Sequence record: CP166271.1
DNA: 32,000 bases
Direction: 5' to 3' (one strand)
The notes beneath the pieces are model-generated. The model searched no databases, had not been told where the DNA came from, and worked only from the letters and a program-made list of their open reading frames with translations. This document shows, in pieces, positions 1-10,487 of the stretch. Both the position numbers and the translations under genes were made by a program. Positions within the stretch are counted from its first letter, which is position 1; every line of letters begins with the position of its first letter.

Positions 1-660
1 TTCATCGGATATCTCTACAACGATATGCCGTTCGGGCTTTTATAACCCTGACTGTAGTAAGATCACCAGGCTTCGGGTCTAATTTTAGATACTAATTCAT
101 TTTTTCATAATTGGTTTATCTGGGCATATATGCTCGCATCTAATATTAACTCGCTGACCCATTATGCAAAAGGTACGCTATCACTTTTTATTTAAATAAA
201 GCTAAAGCTGCTTATAAGACTACTATTTTAACCTTTCCCTCACGGTACTATACGCTATCGCTTATATATTATATTTAGCCTTAGAGGAAGGTTCCCCTTA
301 TTTTTCAAACAGGTTATGCCCGTTCTACTTGATTTAATAAAAATTAAAAAATATTTATTTTTAAATATTTTTATATAGGCTTTTCTATTTTAATTCTCAC
401 TAATCATAGAATCTCGTTTGATTTCTTTTCCTAAAGTTACTAAGATATTTCAATTCACTTCGTTAATTATTTAATTTCTCTAAGAGATAATGTGTACGCT
501 TATCTAAAAACACAATTTAAACACAAATAATACAGTGCTCTCTTTAATATATAGCTAGGAATCCATAATAGTCTCTTTATATACGTTACTGTTATAGTAA
601 GTAAAATTTTTTATTCGATATCTAAAACATTACTGTACTTATTTTAGACTAGTTTTATAC
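1..660 (-). rRNA. rnl: mt large-subunit rRNA, 5' ~660 nt only (copy 1, cut by window start)
   Basis: The minus strand reads ATAAGCGTACACATT and GAAGTGAATTGAAATATCTTAGTAACTTTAGGAAAAGAAATCAAACGAGATTC. These match bacterial 23S 5'-domain motifs (AAGCGTACAC; GGAACTGAAACATCTAAGTA..GGAAAAGAAATCAACCGAGATTC). The 5' end is approximate. Confidence 0.85.
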
Positions 661-673
661 CAGTCTAAACTAT

Positions 674-746
674 TCGGATTATTATGATTCGAACATAACA
701 ATTCCTCAACCCAAATGAGGCGCCTAACCAACCTGGCTCTAATCCG
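674..746 (-). tRNA. trnP: tRNA-Pro(UGG)
   Basis: Acceptor CGGATTA/TAATCCG; anticodon arm CCTCA-TTTGGGT-TGAGG; T arm TTATG-TTCGAAT-CATAA. Confidence 0.9.
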
Positions 747-763
747 TAGTAAAAAAAAAATAT

Positions 764-849
764 CAGAGAATATCCGATTTGAACGGATGTGATCTATTAA
801 ACCAAATAAGTTTCAAGCTTATCACCTTAAACCACTCGGTCAACTCTCT
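764..849 (-). tRNA. trnS: tRNA-Ser(UGA), class II
   Basis: Acceptor AGAGAGT/ATTCTCT; anticodon arm ATAAG-CTTGAAA-CTTAT; long variable arm; T arm ATCCG-TTCAAAT-CGGAT. Confidence 0.9.
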
Positions 850-896
850 TTATATATTTATGAAATATTTAAAATATATATTTTAAATATATTCTA

Positions 897-968
897 TGAT
901 TCCTCAGAGACTTGAACTCAGAACATATTCTTATCAAAAATACGCTTTACCAATTAAGCTAAGGAACC
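897..968 (-). tRNA. trnI: tRNA-Ile(GAU)
   Basis: Acceptor GGTTCCT/AGGAATC; D arm GCTT-AATTGGTA-AAGC; anticodon loop TTGATAA; T loop TTCAAGT. Confidence 0.85.
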
Positions 969-1050
969 TTATTAAGTCTTTGAATAAATATTTAAATTAA
1001 ATGAATATAGCTTAAATATATACATAAATTATATCATAATAAACACTCCT

Positions 1051-1122
1051 TAAGGAATAGGTGATTTGAACACCTAACCTACCGTGTGTAAAACGGTCGC
1101 TCTACCATTGAGCTAATTCCTT
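1051..1122 (-). tRNA. trnV: tRNA-Val(UAC)
   Basis: Acceptor AAGGAAT/ATTCCTT; anticodon arm ACCGT-TTTACAC-ACGGT; T arm AGGTG-TTCAAAT-CACCT. Confidence 0.9.
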
Positions 1123-1151
1123 TTTTATATTGATTAAGATATATATTTAAT

Positions 1152-1222
1152 CAAGAGTACTCAGATTTGAACTGAGAACATAAAGTTTGAAGCTTCAAGT
1201 TTTGCCATTAAACTATACTCTT
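1152..1222 (-). tRNA. trnW: tRNA-Trp(UCA), decodes UGA and UGG
   Basis: Acceptor AAGAGTA/TACTCTT; anticodon arm TGAAG-CTTCAAA-CTTTA; T arm CTCAG-TTCAAAT-CTGAG. The UCA anticodon fits the many in-frame TGA codons in the CDSs. Confidence 0.9.
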
Positions 1223-1263
1223 ATTAAAGTTTACAATATTTATACGAATATATTATATGATAC

Positions 1264-1343
1264 CGGAAAAGAGATGATTCGAACATCCAGGTGCATAACA
1301 CAATATTTAGCAAATATCTCGCTTTACCAATAGCAACTTTTCC
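1264..1343 (-). tRNA. trnS: tRNA-Ser(GCU), class II
   Basis: Acceptor GGAAAAG/CTTTTCC; anticodon arm GATAT-TTGCTAA-ATATT; long variable arm; T arm GGATG-TTCGAAT-CATCT. Confidence 0.9.
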
Positions 1344-1393
1344 TATGCTTAAACCTTACTATAAAAACTTTTAACATGTATATATAATTTTAT

Positions 1394-1465
1394 TACGGTC
1401 AGCCGAATTCGAATCGACAAAAATCGTTTGGAAGACGACAAGTTTACCAATTAACCTATGACCGT
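1394..1465 (-). tRNA. trnG: tRNA-Gly(UCC)
   Basis: Acceptor ACGGTCA/TGACCGT; anticodon arm GTCGT-CTTCCAA-ACGAT; T arm GTCGA-TTCGAAT-TCGGC. Confidence 0.9.
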
Positions 1466-1493
1466 TTTATTTATCTAGTTTTTTACTATACTT

Positions 1494-1565
1494 TAAGACC
1501 TGCGGGGTTTGAACCCGCATAACAAAGATTAAAAGTCTTGCATTTTACCATTAAACTAAGGTCTC
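1494..1565 (-). tRNA. trnK: tRNA-Lys(UUU)
   Basis: Acceptor GAGACCT/AGGTCTT; anticodon loop CTTTTAA; T arm GCGGG-TTCAAAC-CCCGC. Confidence 0.85.
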
Positions 1566-1703
1566 TATAATGAAATAAATATTAAATATCTAAATTCATG
1601 CTAAGTATTTTATGCTTAGGCTATAATACAGAACAAAACTTAGTTTAATCAAAGGGAATTAAACCTGAATAATATATAATTAGTGCAATTAAAAACAAAT
1701 AAA

Positions 1704-2511
1704 TTAAGAACCCCAGTAGTAAATTGAAATGAATAAAAATAATCATACTACATCAACAAAATGTCAGTAAAGAATACCAGACTCTAAACCTAAATGATGA
1801 TTATCTGTTGAGTGATAGGCTAAAACACGTCAGAAACCCGTAGCAATAAATAGTGTTCCTATTATCACGTGTAATCCATGAAAACCTGTACCGAAATAGA
1901 AACATGATCCATAAGCTCCATCACTAATTGTGAATGAAGATACAGTATATTCTACACCTTGAAAAAGTGTAAACACAATAGCTAATATAATTGTAGCTAC
2001 TAATCCGTTTAAGGTTCCACTTCTATTACCTTGAATTAAGGAATGATGAGCATATGTTACAGTAGTACCTGAAGATAGTAATATTATTGTATTTAATAAA
2101 GGTAATTCAAATGGATTAATTGCTTCTATACCCATAGGTGGTCATTGAGCACCTAATTCTACAGTAGGAGATAAAGCGCTATGGAAGAATGCTCAAAATA
2201 TTGCTAAAAAAATAATGCTTCTGATACAATAAATAAAGCAACACCCATATTTAATCCACGTTGAACAGCTAAAGTGTGGTTACCTAAATAAGTACCCTCT
2301 GATATAACATCTCTTCATCAAAAAGCCATAGAAGAAACTAATGCTAAAAAGCAAATACTAAAAATATATATGCGTTATTAAAACCATGCATAGTTAAAAC
2401 TCCACTAGTTGTTAAAGTTAATAAAGAAATACACGTGAATAATGGCCATGGTGATGGTGATACTAAATGAAAAGGATGAGATTGAAAATTACTTCTTGTA
2501 GAGTATGTCAT
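1704..2511 (-). CDS. cox3: cytochrome c oxidase subunit 3, copy 1, frame broken twice in A-runs
   Basis: ATG at 2509-2511. The C-terminus reads ...[23 protein letters not shown], with TAA at 1704-1706. The ORF-track piece 1830..2135 is typical cox3. The span is 808 nt where 810 is expected, with frame breaks at A7 2206-2212 and A5 2346-2350. Confidence 0.9.
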
Positions 2512-2618
2512 TTCTATAGTTTATATTCAATTAAATTATATTATAATTTATTAAATATTAAAAATATTTTTGGGGAATATATACATAATAATGCAAATTT
2601 GCATTAATTAAATTTATA

Positions 2619-2690
2619 CGGGTCAGACCGGAGTCGAACCGGCATAATCTTTCTTGACAAAAAGTTTCTTACCAATTAGAATACTGACCC
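2619..2690 (-). tRNA. trnD: tRNA-Asp(GUC), copy 1 (anticodon stem one nt short)
   Basis: Acceptor GGGTCAG/CTGACCC; anticodon loop TTGTCAA; T arm GCCGG-TTCGACT-CCGGT. The stem CTTTT/GAAAG only closes with the 6-base run seen in copy 2. Confidence 0.85.
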
Positions 2691-2839
2691 TTCAAAAAAA
2701 ATTGTTTTCCTTTTGAAGCATTAAACATTATAGCTAATATTTTTTAAGGTATATAAGAAAGTATGCTTAATCGCAATATTGATAAAATTACACTTAAATT
2801 AAACTATAGTTTTTATTAATAATCTGTATAAGGTATAAA

Positions 2840-4303
2840 TTAATAACTATATATTAGAGATGATACTGAATAATGTAAACCATCTAATATAGGAGCAGGA
2901 TATACACCTAATACAACAGTAAATAATACTAGTGTGAATAATATAAAAAATTCACGTTTATTAACATCGCTTATATTAGCTTCAAAAAATTTACTAAAGG
3001 ATCCTGCAAAAGCTATTCTATTAAACATATATATAGTATAAGCAGCAGAAAATACTATAGATGAACTAGCGAATAGACCTAATAAAGGCAATCTCTCAAA
3101 TACTCCATAAAGAGACATAAATTCTCCTACAAAATTTAAAGTAAGAGGAACACCACAATTACCTAATGATAGGATAAAAAATAATATAGAAAATAAAGGC
3201 ATTATTTGAGCAAGACCCCTATAATAACTTATCAGTCTTGTACCTGATCTATCGTATAATACACCCCCAGCACAAATAAATAAACCACTTGAAACAAATC
3301 CATGTGCTAACCCTAAAGCTATACCACCTTCTATTCCTTGTATAGTATTACTAAATACACCTATTAGGTAAACAGCGGCATGCGATACAGAGCTATAAGC
3401 TATTAGTTCTTTAACATCAATTGTTCTTAAGGTACTGAAACTTGCATATACAATTGTTATAACCCCTATAAGGTATATTATATAAGTATATTCTAAAGAA
3501 GCTTTAGGTAATAAAGGTAATATAAGTCTAAAAATACCATATAAACTCAATTTTAAAACAATAGCAGCTAATATAATACTACCACTTAATGGAGATTCAA
3601 CGTGAGCTTTTAATAATCATGTGTTCAAAAAGATTGTAGGTGTTTTTACTGCAAATGCTATAAATATACCATAAAATAAAAATAATTGTGTAGAATAATT
3701 AAAATTAGTTTTATATAGCGCATCGAAATCTGTTGTTCCCATTATAGAAGACATTGATAATATAGATAATAATAAAAATAACGATCCAAATAATGTATAT
3801 AAAAATAAATAAAAACTAGCTCTTACTTTATTGTTTGACCCGTATAAACCTATTAATATAAATAATGGAGGCAATATACTTTCGAAAAAGATATAAAATA
3901 ATAAAATATCTAATACCATAAAAACAGCTAATAATAATGTTTCTAATAACAAAATTATTATCAAAAATGATCTTACATTTTCATTTATAGAATTTCAATT
4001 ACTTAATAATGCAATAGGAGTTATAAGAGTAGTTAACATAACAAAATAAATAGATAAACCATCTAAACCTAAATAAAAATCAAATGAACTTATTTCATGG
4101 TGTTCTTGTACAAATTGAAATTGATTGCTGCTAAAATCAAATAAAATAAATACAATTATAGAAATAAATAGATTAATGATGGATGTTGTTAAAGCTATTT
4201 TTTTTATACGATTTAGATATATTACTGATAATTTATAAGATATGTTTGCACTTATTAGTACTATACCTAGTAAAGGAGTAAGTAATAAAGATAATAGTAT
4301 CAT
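2840..4303 (-). CDS. nad4: NADH dehydrogenase subunit 4 (487 codons, intact under table 4)
   Basis: Three ORF-track pieces (3995..4303, 3617..3964, 2840..3550) join in frame through TGA=Trp codons (...LLSNWNSINENVRSFLII..., ...FLNTWLLKAHVESPLSGSIILAAIVLKLSLYG...). Confidence 0.93.
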
Positions 4304-4409
4304 GTGAACTTTTAGTTCTGAATTAATGAATTTCCCTAAAAAACCAACAAATAAGTATAATTAATATATAAATAAGTATTTTTTATAATTAATATATTCA
4401 GGTGAATAT

Positions 4410-4433
4410 AAAAATTCCTTATAAGGAATTTTT
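4410..4433. repeat. 24-bp perfect palindrome (AAAAATTCCTTA|TAAGGAATTTTT)
   Basis: Read directly from the sequence. It lies in the AT-rich spacer upstream of the nad4 start. Confidence 0.9.
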
Positions 4434-4637
4434 TATATACTAAGGAATAAAGCCAGTTTAAATACACTATATACAACTATATAGTAAAACATTATTTATA
4501 CTTATTGATTAATTAATCTTTCATACATTATAAAGAATCTTTGATAATTATTAAGTTTAAACCTAAATATATAAAATTCTACTTAATAATTATATAATAT
4601 GATTCAAATAAAATTTATTTTTATTACTTTTTAAATA

Positions 4638-4708
4638 TATAAAGGAAAGGATTCGAACCTTTGATAGCTATTTAATTTAGATCCATCATACTCCCACGTA
4701 ACCTTAAT
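4638..4708 (-). other. tRNA-like element with no credible anticodon arm
   Basis: T arm AAAGG-TTCGAAT-CCTTT; acceptor ATTAAGG/CCTTTAT with one mismatch; weak D stem. The segment ATCTAAATTAAATAGCTATC gives no 5-7-5 anticodon arm with U33. Confidence 0.45.
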
Positions 4709-4984
4709 TTTTTAGCCCTAATCATGACGCATCGTATTACTATCTAGAACAAATGCCCTCCCTACTTTCGTAAAGAACCTGCCCTTTACTTTGTAATAAA
4801 TAGCTGGTAAACTGACTAATAGTCAATTTAATTTATTAAAATATCCGGATGCATACTAGACAATCCTCAACCCTGATTTAATCAACCCTACCTGTTAAGA
4901 AAAACATTCTATTGAGAGCCCATAATTATTCTATAGACATATGATAGAATTAGTAATTATTTAATAAAAAACATATTTAATAAA

Positions 4985-5250
4985 ATATGGATACCATTAA
5001 GCCGGTTTCTGTTATAGTTATTAATCCATAATAAGGCTTAACTTAAAGCTTGTAAGTTCGTTAATAATCTTTTACTATATATTATTACATATACATTTTG
5101 CTATAGTTTTATTTTTTTATTATAGAAAGATTTTATTTATTTTCTGTTTAATACTAAAATTTTTATTTAACACTCATTTTTAGGTGTTTATGTTTAATAA
5201 GCGCTGGACTTTCCTATACTTAGAAAAAATATTTATGCTGTAAGTATCAC
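4985..5250 (-). ncRNA. rnpB: mitochondrial RNase P RNA
   Basis: The minus strand carries CR-I-like TATAGGAAAGTCCAGCGC (about 5201-5218) and CR-V-like ACAGAAACCGGCTTAATGG (about 4993-5012). Compare E. coli M1 GAGGAAAGUCCGGGC and ACAGAACCCGGCUUAUCGG. A possible P1 pairs GATAC (about 5245-5249) with GTATC (about 4990-4994). The interior is AT-rich, as in reduced fungal mt P RNAs. Confidence 0.75.
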
Positions 5251-5255
5251 AAAAA

Positions 5256-5888
5256 TTAATAAAAACTGCTTGCAAATAAGCAGTATTGTTTAATTTGTCA
5301 TATTATCTTTTGTTTTATAGTTATTACAATAGCACCTACCATAGCTAAAAGTAAAATAATAGAAGTTAATATTAACCATATACTATGACTAGTATACATT
5401 ATATTACCTATATTTGTAATATGACTAGTTTCAGCTAAATTACCATCTCATATTTTACTAATAGCAAAATAAATTCTAGTATTATCCATAACATAACTAT
5501 TAAAAGAAATAACATTATAAGGTAATAAAGGATAAACAGGGTTAATAAAAGAAATGATTATAAGTATAACTAACGGTATACTTTTATTTGTACTACTTAA
5601 TAATTCACTTATTCTTATATTAATTAACATCAATATAAAAAGAAATAGAATTGATACAGCACCTACATAAACTAATAAATAAGAAAACCCAATAAAATTT
5701 AAACCTAACATCATAAGATAACCAGCAATACTAAAAAATAAACCTATTAAAAATAAAACAGAAACAATAGGATTTTTACTAACAATAACCAATACACCAC
5801 ATAGGATAGATAATACAGATAATAAATCTAAAAACTCTATTTTAAATCCATTTGTATATACTTCATTTAACATATATAATTTATCCAT
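5256..5888 (-). CDS. nad6: NADH dehydrogenase subunit 6 (210 aa under table 4)
   Basis: The ORF-track piece 5448..5888 (MDKLYMLNEVYTNGFKIEFLDLLS...) continues through TGA codons at 5448-5450 and 5298-5300 to TAA at 5256-5258. The span is 633 nt, in frame. Confidence 0.88.
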
Positions 5889-6022
5889 AAAAAAAATAAA
5901 AAAACTTTTACCTCAAAATATTTCCAATAAGAAACCTCTAATCACTATTTTTTAGAATAAATATAAATAAATATAATTATTTAGAGGAAGAATATTAAAA
6001 CTAAAAAGTACAAAATAGGCTA

Positions 6023-6093
6023 AGCCTTCAAGATGAATCGAACATCTATTCTAATATTAACAGTATTACGTTCTACCATTGAACTATAAAGGC
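6023..6093 (-). tRNA. trnN: tRNA-Asn(GUU)
   Basis: Acceptor GCCTTTA/TGAAGGC; D arm GTTC-AATGGTA-GAAC; anticodon arm TAATA-CTGTTAA-TATTA; T arm AGATG-TTCGATT-CATCT. Confidence 0.9.
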
Positions 6094-6158
6094 TAAAAAA
6101 AAAAGAGCCTTATAAGACAATTTTATTTATTAATAAAAACTTTATAATAATAAAACGT

Positions 6159-6244
6159 TAGGAAGAAAAGGACTTGAACCTTCGACAGCTATTAACTATT
6201 GAGTTTACAGCTCAACCCGTCATACCTACAAACGGAACCTTCCT
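6159..6244 (-). tRNA. trnY: tRNA-Tyr(GUA), class II
   Basis: Acceptor AGGAAGG/TCTTCCT; D arm CCGT..ACGG; anticodon arm TTGAG-CTGTAAA-CTCAA; long variable arm; T arm GAAGG-TTCAAGT-CCTTT. It lies directly 3' of rns, as is usual in fungi. Confidence 0.9.
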
Positions 6245-6269
6245 TTTTTTTATTTTTTTCATGTTCAAT

Positions 6270-8050
6270 TTAACTATTCCCGTGCAATTTCCACTACACG
6301 AACCATATTTCGACTTAACACCAATTAAAGTCACGCATACGAAAATCTTCCATAAAAATTTTTAGAAATAATTATCTAAATTAAAATTGTATAAAAACTA
6401 AACTTATTGCACACACTTTTTTCAGCGCCTGACGAGTAGTTAGTACCTATCTGAGAGTAATTTCACCGTGACGTGGTGATTCACGATTACTAGTAATTCC
6501 TTTTTCATATAGTCGAGTTTCAGACTACAATCCATTTTTTATCCTATTTTAATTAGATTAGCTCAAATTCACATTATCGCATCATTTTGTATAGGAAAAT
6601 GTGGCACGTCTATAGCCCACAACATTTAGGCCATGATGACTTGTATTAGTCCCTATTTATACAATTTTCCATTATAGATGTTTGTACTACTTTATTGTTA
6701 TTTTCAACTAAAGTAAGGGTTTCCGTTAATTTAAGGAGCTATCCAAATCTCACGACATTAACTGCAGACAGCCATGCAACACTTGTAATATCATAGTTGA
6801 TAATATTCAAGTTGTGGTAAGGTTTTTCGCGTAATTACGAATTAAATAACATACTTCACTACTGGTTTCAGAAACGGTCTAATGATTTCAGTTCCTGCGT
6901 TGCCGCATTACTCTTGAGGTGAAATGCTTACACTTTCATTTATAGACTAAATTATTATCTAACCTATGGCATTCATCATTTTCTGCAAGGACTACTAGGG
7001 TATCTAATCCTGTTCGCTACCCAAGCCTTCGTTCCTCAACGTCAGTTATTAAATAAAAGGTTGCTTTCGCCTTTACCAGTCGTTATGGTATCAACGAATT
7101 TCAACTCTACTCCATAAATACTCACCTCCTTACATATAACTCTAGATTATTCGTATCCTATTAAAGACTAAATAAACCGTCTAGGTACCCTTTAAACCTA
7201 TTAAAGATGAATAACACTAGTCTTTTACATCTTACCGCGACTGCTGGCATGTATTTTGGTCAAGACTTATAGATAGTTTTTTGTCATAATCATATTATCA
7301 CTATCTAGAATTTTACTCAATAAAATTGACGATACACTGTTTACCCATATTATTGAGCAATTAATATATAGACTAATAACATTCGGTTAAGAATGTTTCC
7401 CCCTTTTAGATTATTATTCTATCCAGGGTGCTTTTTTAGTATTTATAATTTTATATAAAATTATAAATATTACAAATACTTAGATAAAAGTATTTGTAGC
7501 ATAAAAAAAGCTTAAAGATCTCACCTTTAAGTCTATTTGAATAAAACAAAAAATTTTGTTTTAAGCAACTGAATAAAAAGATCTATAAAGATTTCTTTTA
7601 TTCAAACAATGTAACTAATTAACTAAATAACCTTTCATTCCTCTAAGTTGCTGGTTCAGCCGTTAGGCTATTGACCAATATTCCCCACTGCTGTACTAAA
7701 CGTATTGGGGTTTTTTCAGACCCAATGTGGTCGATCGACCTCTCAGCCTCGACTACGGAATTTTAGGCTAGTTAAACCATTACTTTAACAACTACCTATC
7801 CGAAATATTTATAGTCCTCCTAAAGCGAAAAATTTTTATAAAAATTTTATATATTTTCTTTATATATGCTTTATACCATACACTATAAGGTATTTATGAA
7901 CCTTACTTTAAGGCCGGCAAAAATATTATATACTCACCTGTACACCACTTCTAATAAAATATGTTATATATTAAATTAGACGTTCGATTAGCATGTGTCA
8001 AGCACTTAGACAGCGTTCATTCAGAGCCATCATCAAACTCATTCAATTAT
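6270..8050 (-). rRNA. rns: mt small-subunit rRNA
   Basis: The 5' end reads AATGAGTTTGATGATGGCTCTGAATGAACGCTG..ACACATGCTAATCGAACG (compare 16S AGAGTTTGATCATGGCTCAGATTGAACGCTG). The body contains GTGCCAGCAGTCGCGGTAA, GGATTAGATACCC and GGAATTACTAGTAATCG. The 3' end reads AAGTCGAAATATGGTTCGTGTAGTGGAAATTGCACGG. The ORF-track entry 6174..6365(+) falls across trnY and the rns 3' end. Confidence 0.93.
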
Positions 8051-8128
8051 TTGGTGTAAAAAATTTTTTTTGATTTCTACACCATTACTGTCGAAATTTT
8101 AGAATATATTTTTGTAAAAAATTATTTT

Positions 8129-8169
8129 CTAAAACATTTTTAATCTAACCACATACAAAAATGTTTTAG
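8129..8169. repeat. Inverted repeat, 13-bp arms (CTAAAACATTTTT / AAAAATGTTTTAG), 15-nt loop
   Basis: Read directly from the sequence. It lies between the cox1 stop (8252) and the rns 5' end (8050). Confidence 0.9.
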
Positions 8170-8251
8170 TTTAAACTGATTCTATTATTAATAAATAATT
8201 TTTTTTATTAATAAGTAATACGCTATAGAGTTAATAGTATAATTTATACTA

Positions 8252-9943
<1,692 letters not shown>

Positions 9944-10157
9944 GAAAAAAGTATTTTTTTTTTATCAGGGAGTGTGTAAAACTACCCCTAAACGCAAAGT
10001 TTTTTGTTTTAAATTATTTATAAAAAATCTTTATTAAACTTTGGTAAATATAAATTTAATTTATATATATGTGTATGTTATTAATAATGATAAAATAATT
10101 AAATAAAAATTTAATAAAATTAAGCAAAAATATTATATAATAAGGGCTATACCAATA

Positions 10158-10226
10158 AAAGAAGAAAAAGATTTGAACTTTTATATATACTTATTACATA
10201 GTGCTTTACCTTTAAGCAATCTTCTC
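10158..10226 (-). other. tRNA-like element P1 (intact acceptor, D and T arms; collapsed anticodon domain)
   Basis: GAGAAGA-TT-GCTT-AAAGGTA-AAGC-[ACTATGTAATAAGTATATAT]-AAAAG-TTCAAAT-CTTTT-TCTTCTT-T. There are 20 nt between the D and T stems, where about 22 are needed. I found no 5-7-5 arm with U33 and a purine at position 37. Confidence 0.5.
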
Positions 10227-10257
10227 TTTTATATACATTACTATGATTATTTTATTG

Positions 10258-10280
10258 TTCAATAAAAAGTTTTTATTGAA
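10258..10280. repeat. 23-bp palindrome (TTCAATAAAAA-G-TTTTTATTGAA)
   Basis: Read directly from the sequence. It lies between the cob stop and tRNA-like element P1. Confidence 0.9.
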
Positions 10281-10487
10281 GTTTATTTATATATAATATT
10301 GAATAATTAAATATATTAGTTAATTAAAGGCTTTATCTAAAAAAAAAATACTTTATAGTCTTCTCCTTTATTTCTCTCTATTAAAGAGGATTTTTTTGTT
10401 TTACTTATAAAACATAAAGTTTATAATTACATAATATAAAATATTATTAAGCTCTTTATATTTATTATTGAATATGTTTAAATTTTA

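Larger units (their letters stand above)
1..3908. repeat. Copy 1 of the terminal redundancy (same sequence as 28096-32000, direct orientation)
   Basis: By-eye alignment with 28096-32000 shows no substitutions, only five homopolymer-length differences. The ORF-track proteins are identical (1830..2135 = 29921..30226; 2840..3550 = 30932..31642). Confidence 0.95.

Noticed and set aside
7441-7600. AT-rich palindromic blocks inside rns (for example TATTTATAATTTTATATAAAATTATAAATA and ACAAATACTT..AAGTATTTGT) as possible mobile insertions.
   Set aside because: They fall where mitochondrial SSU rRNAs commonly carry AT-rich variable-region expansions. No flanking target duplication or other copies were seen elsewhere in the unit.
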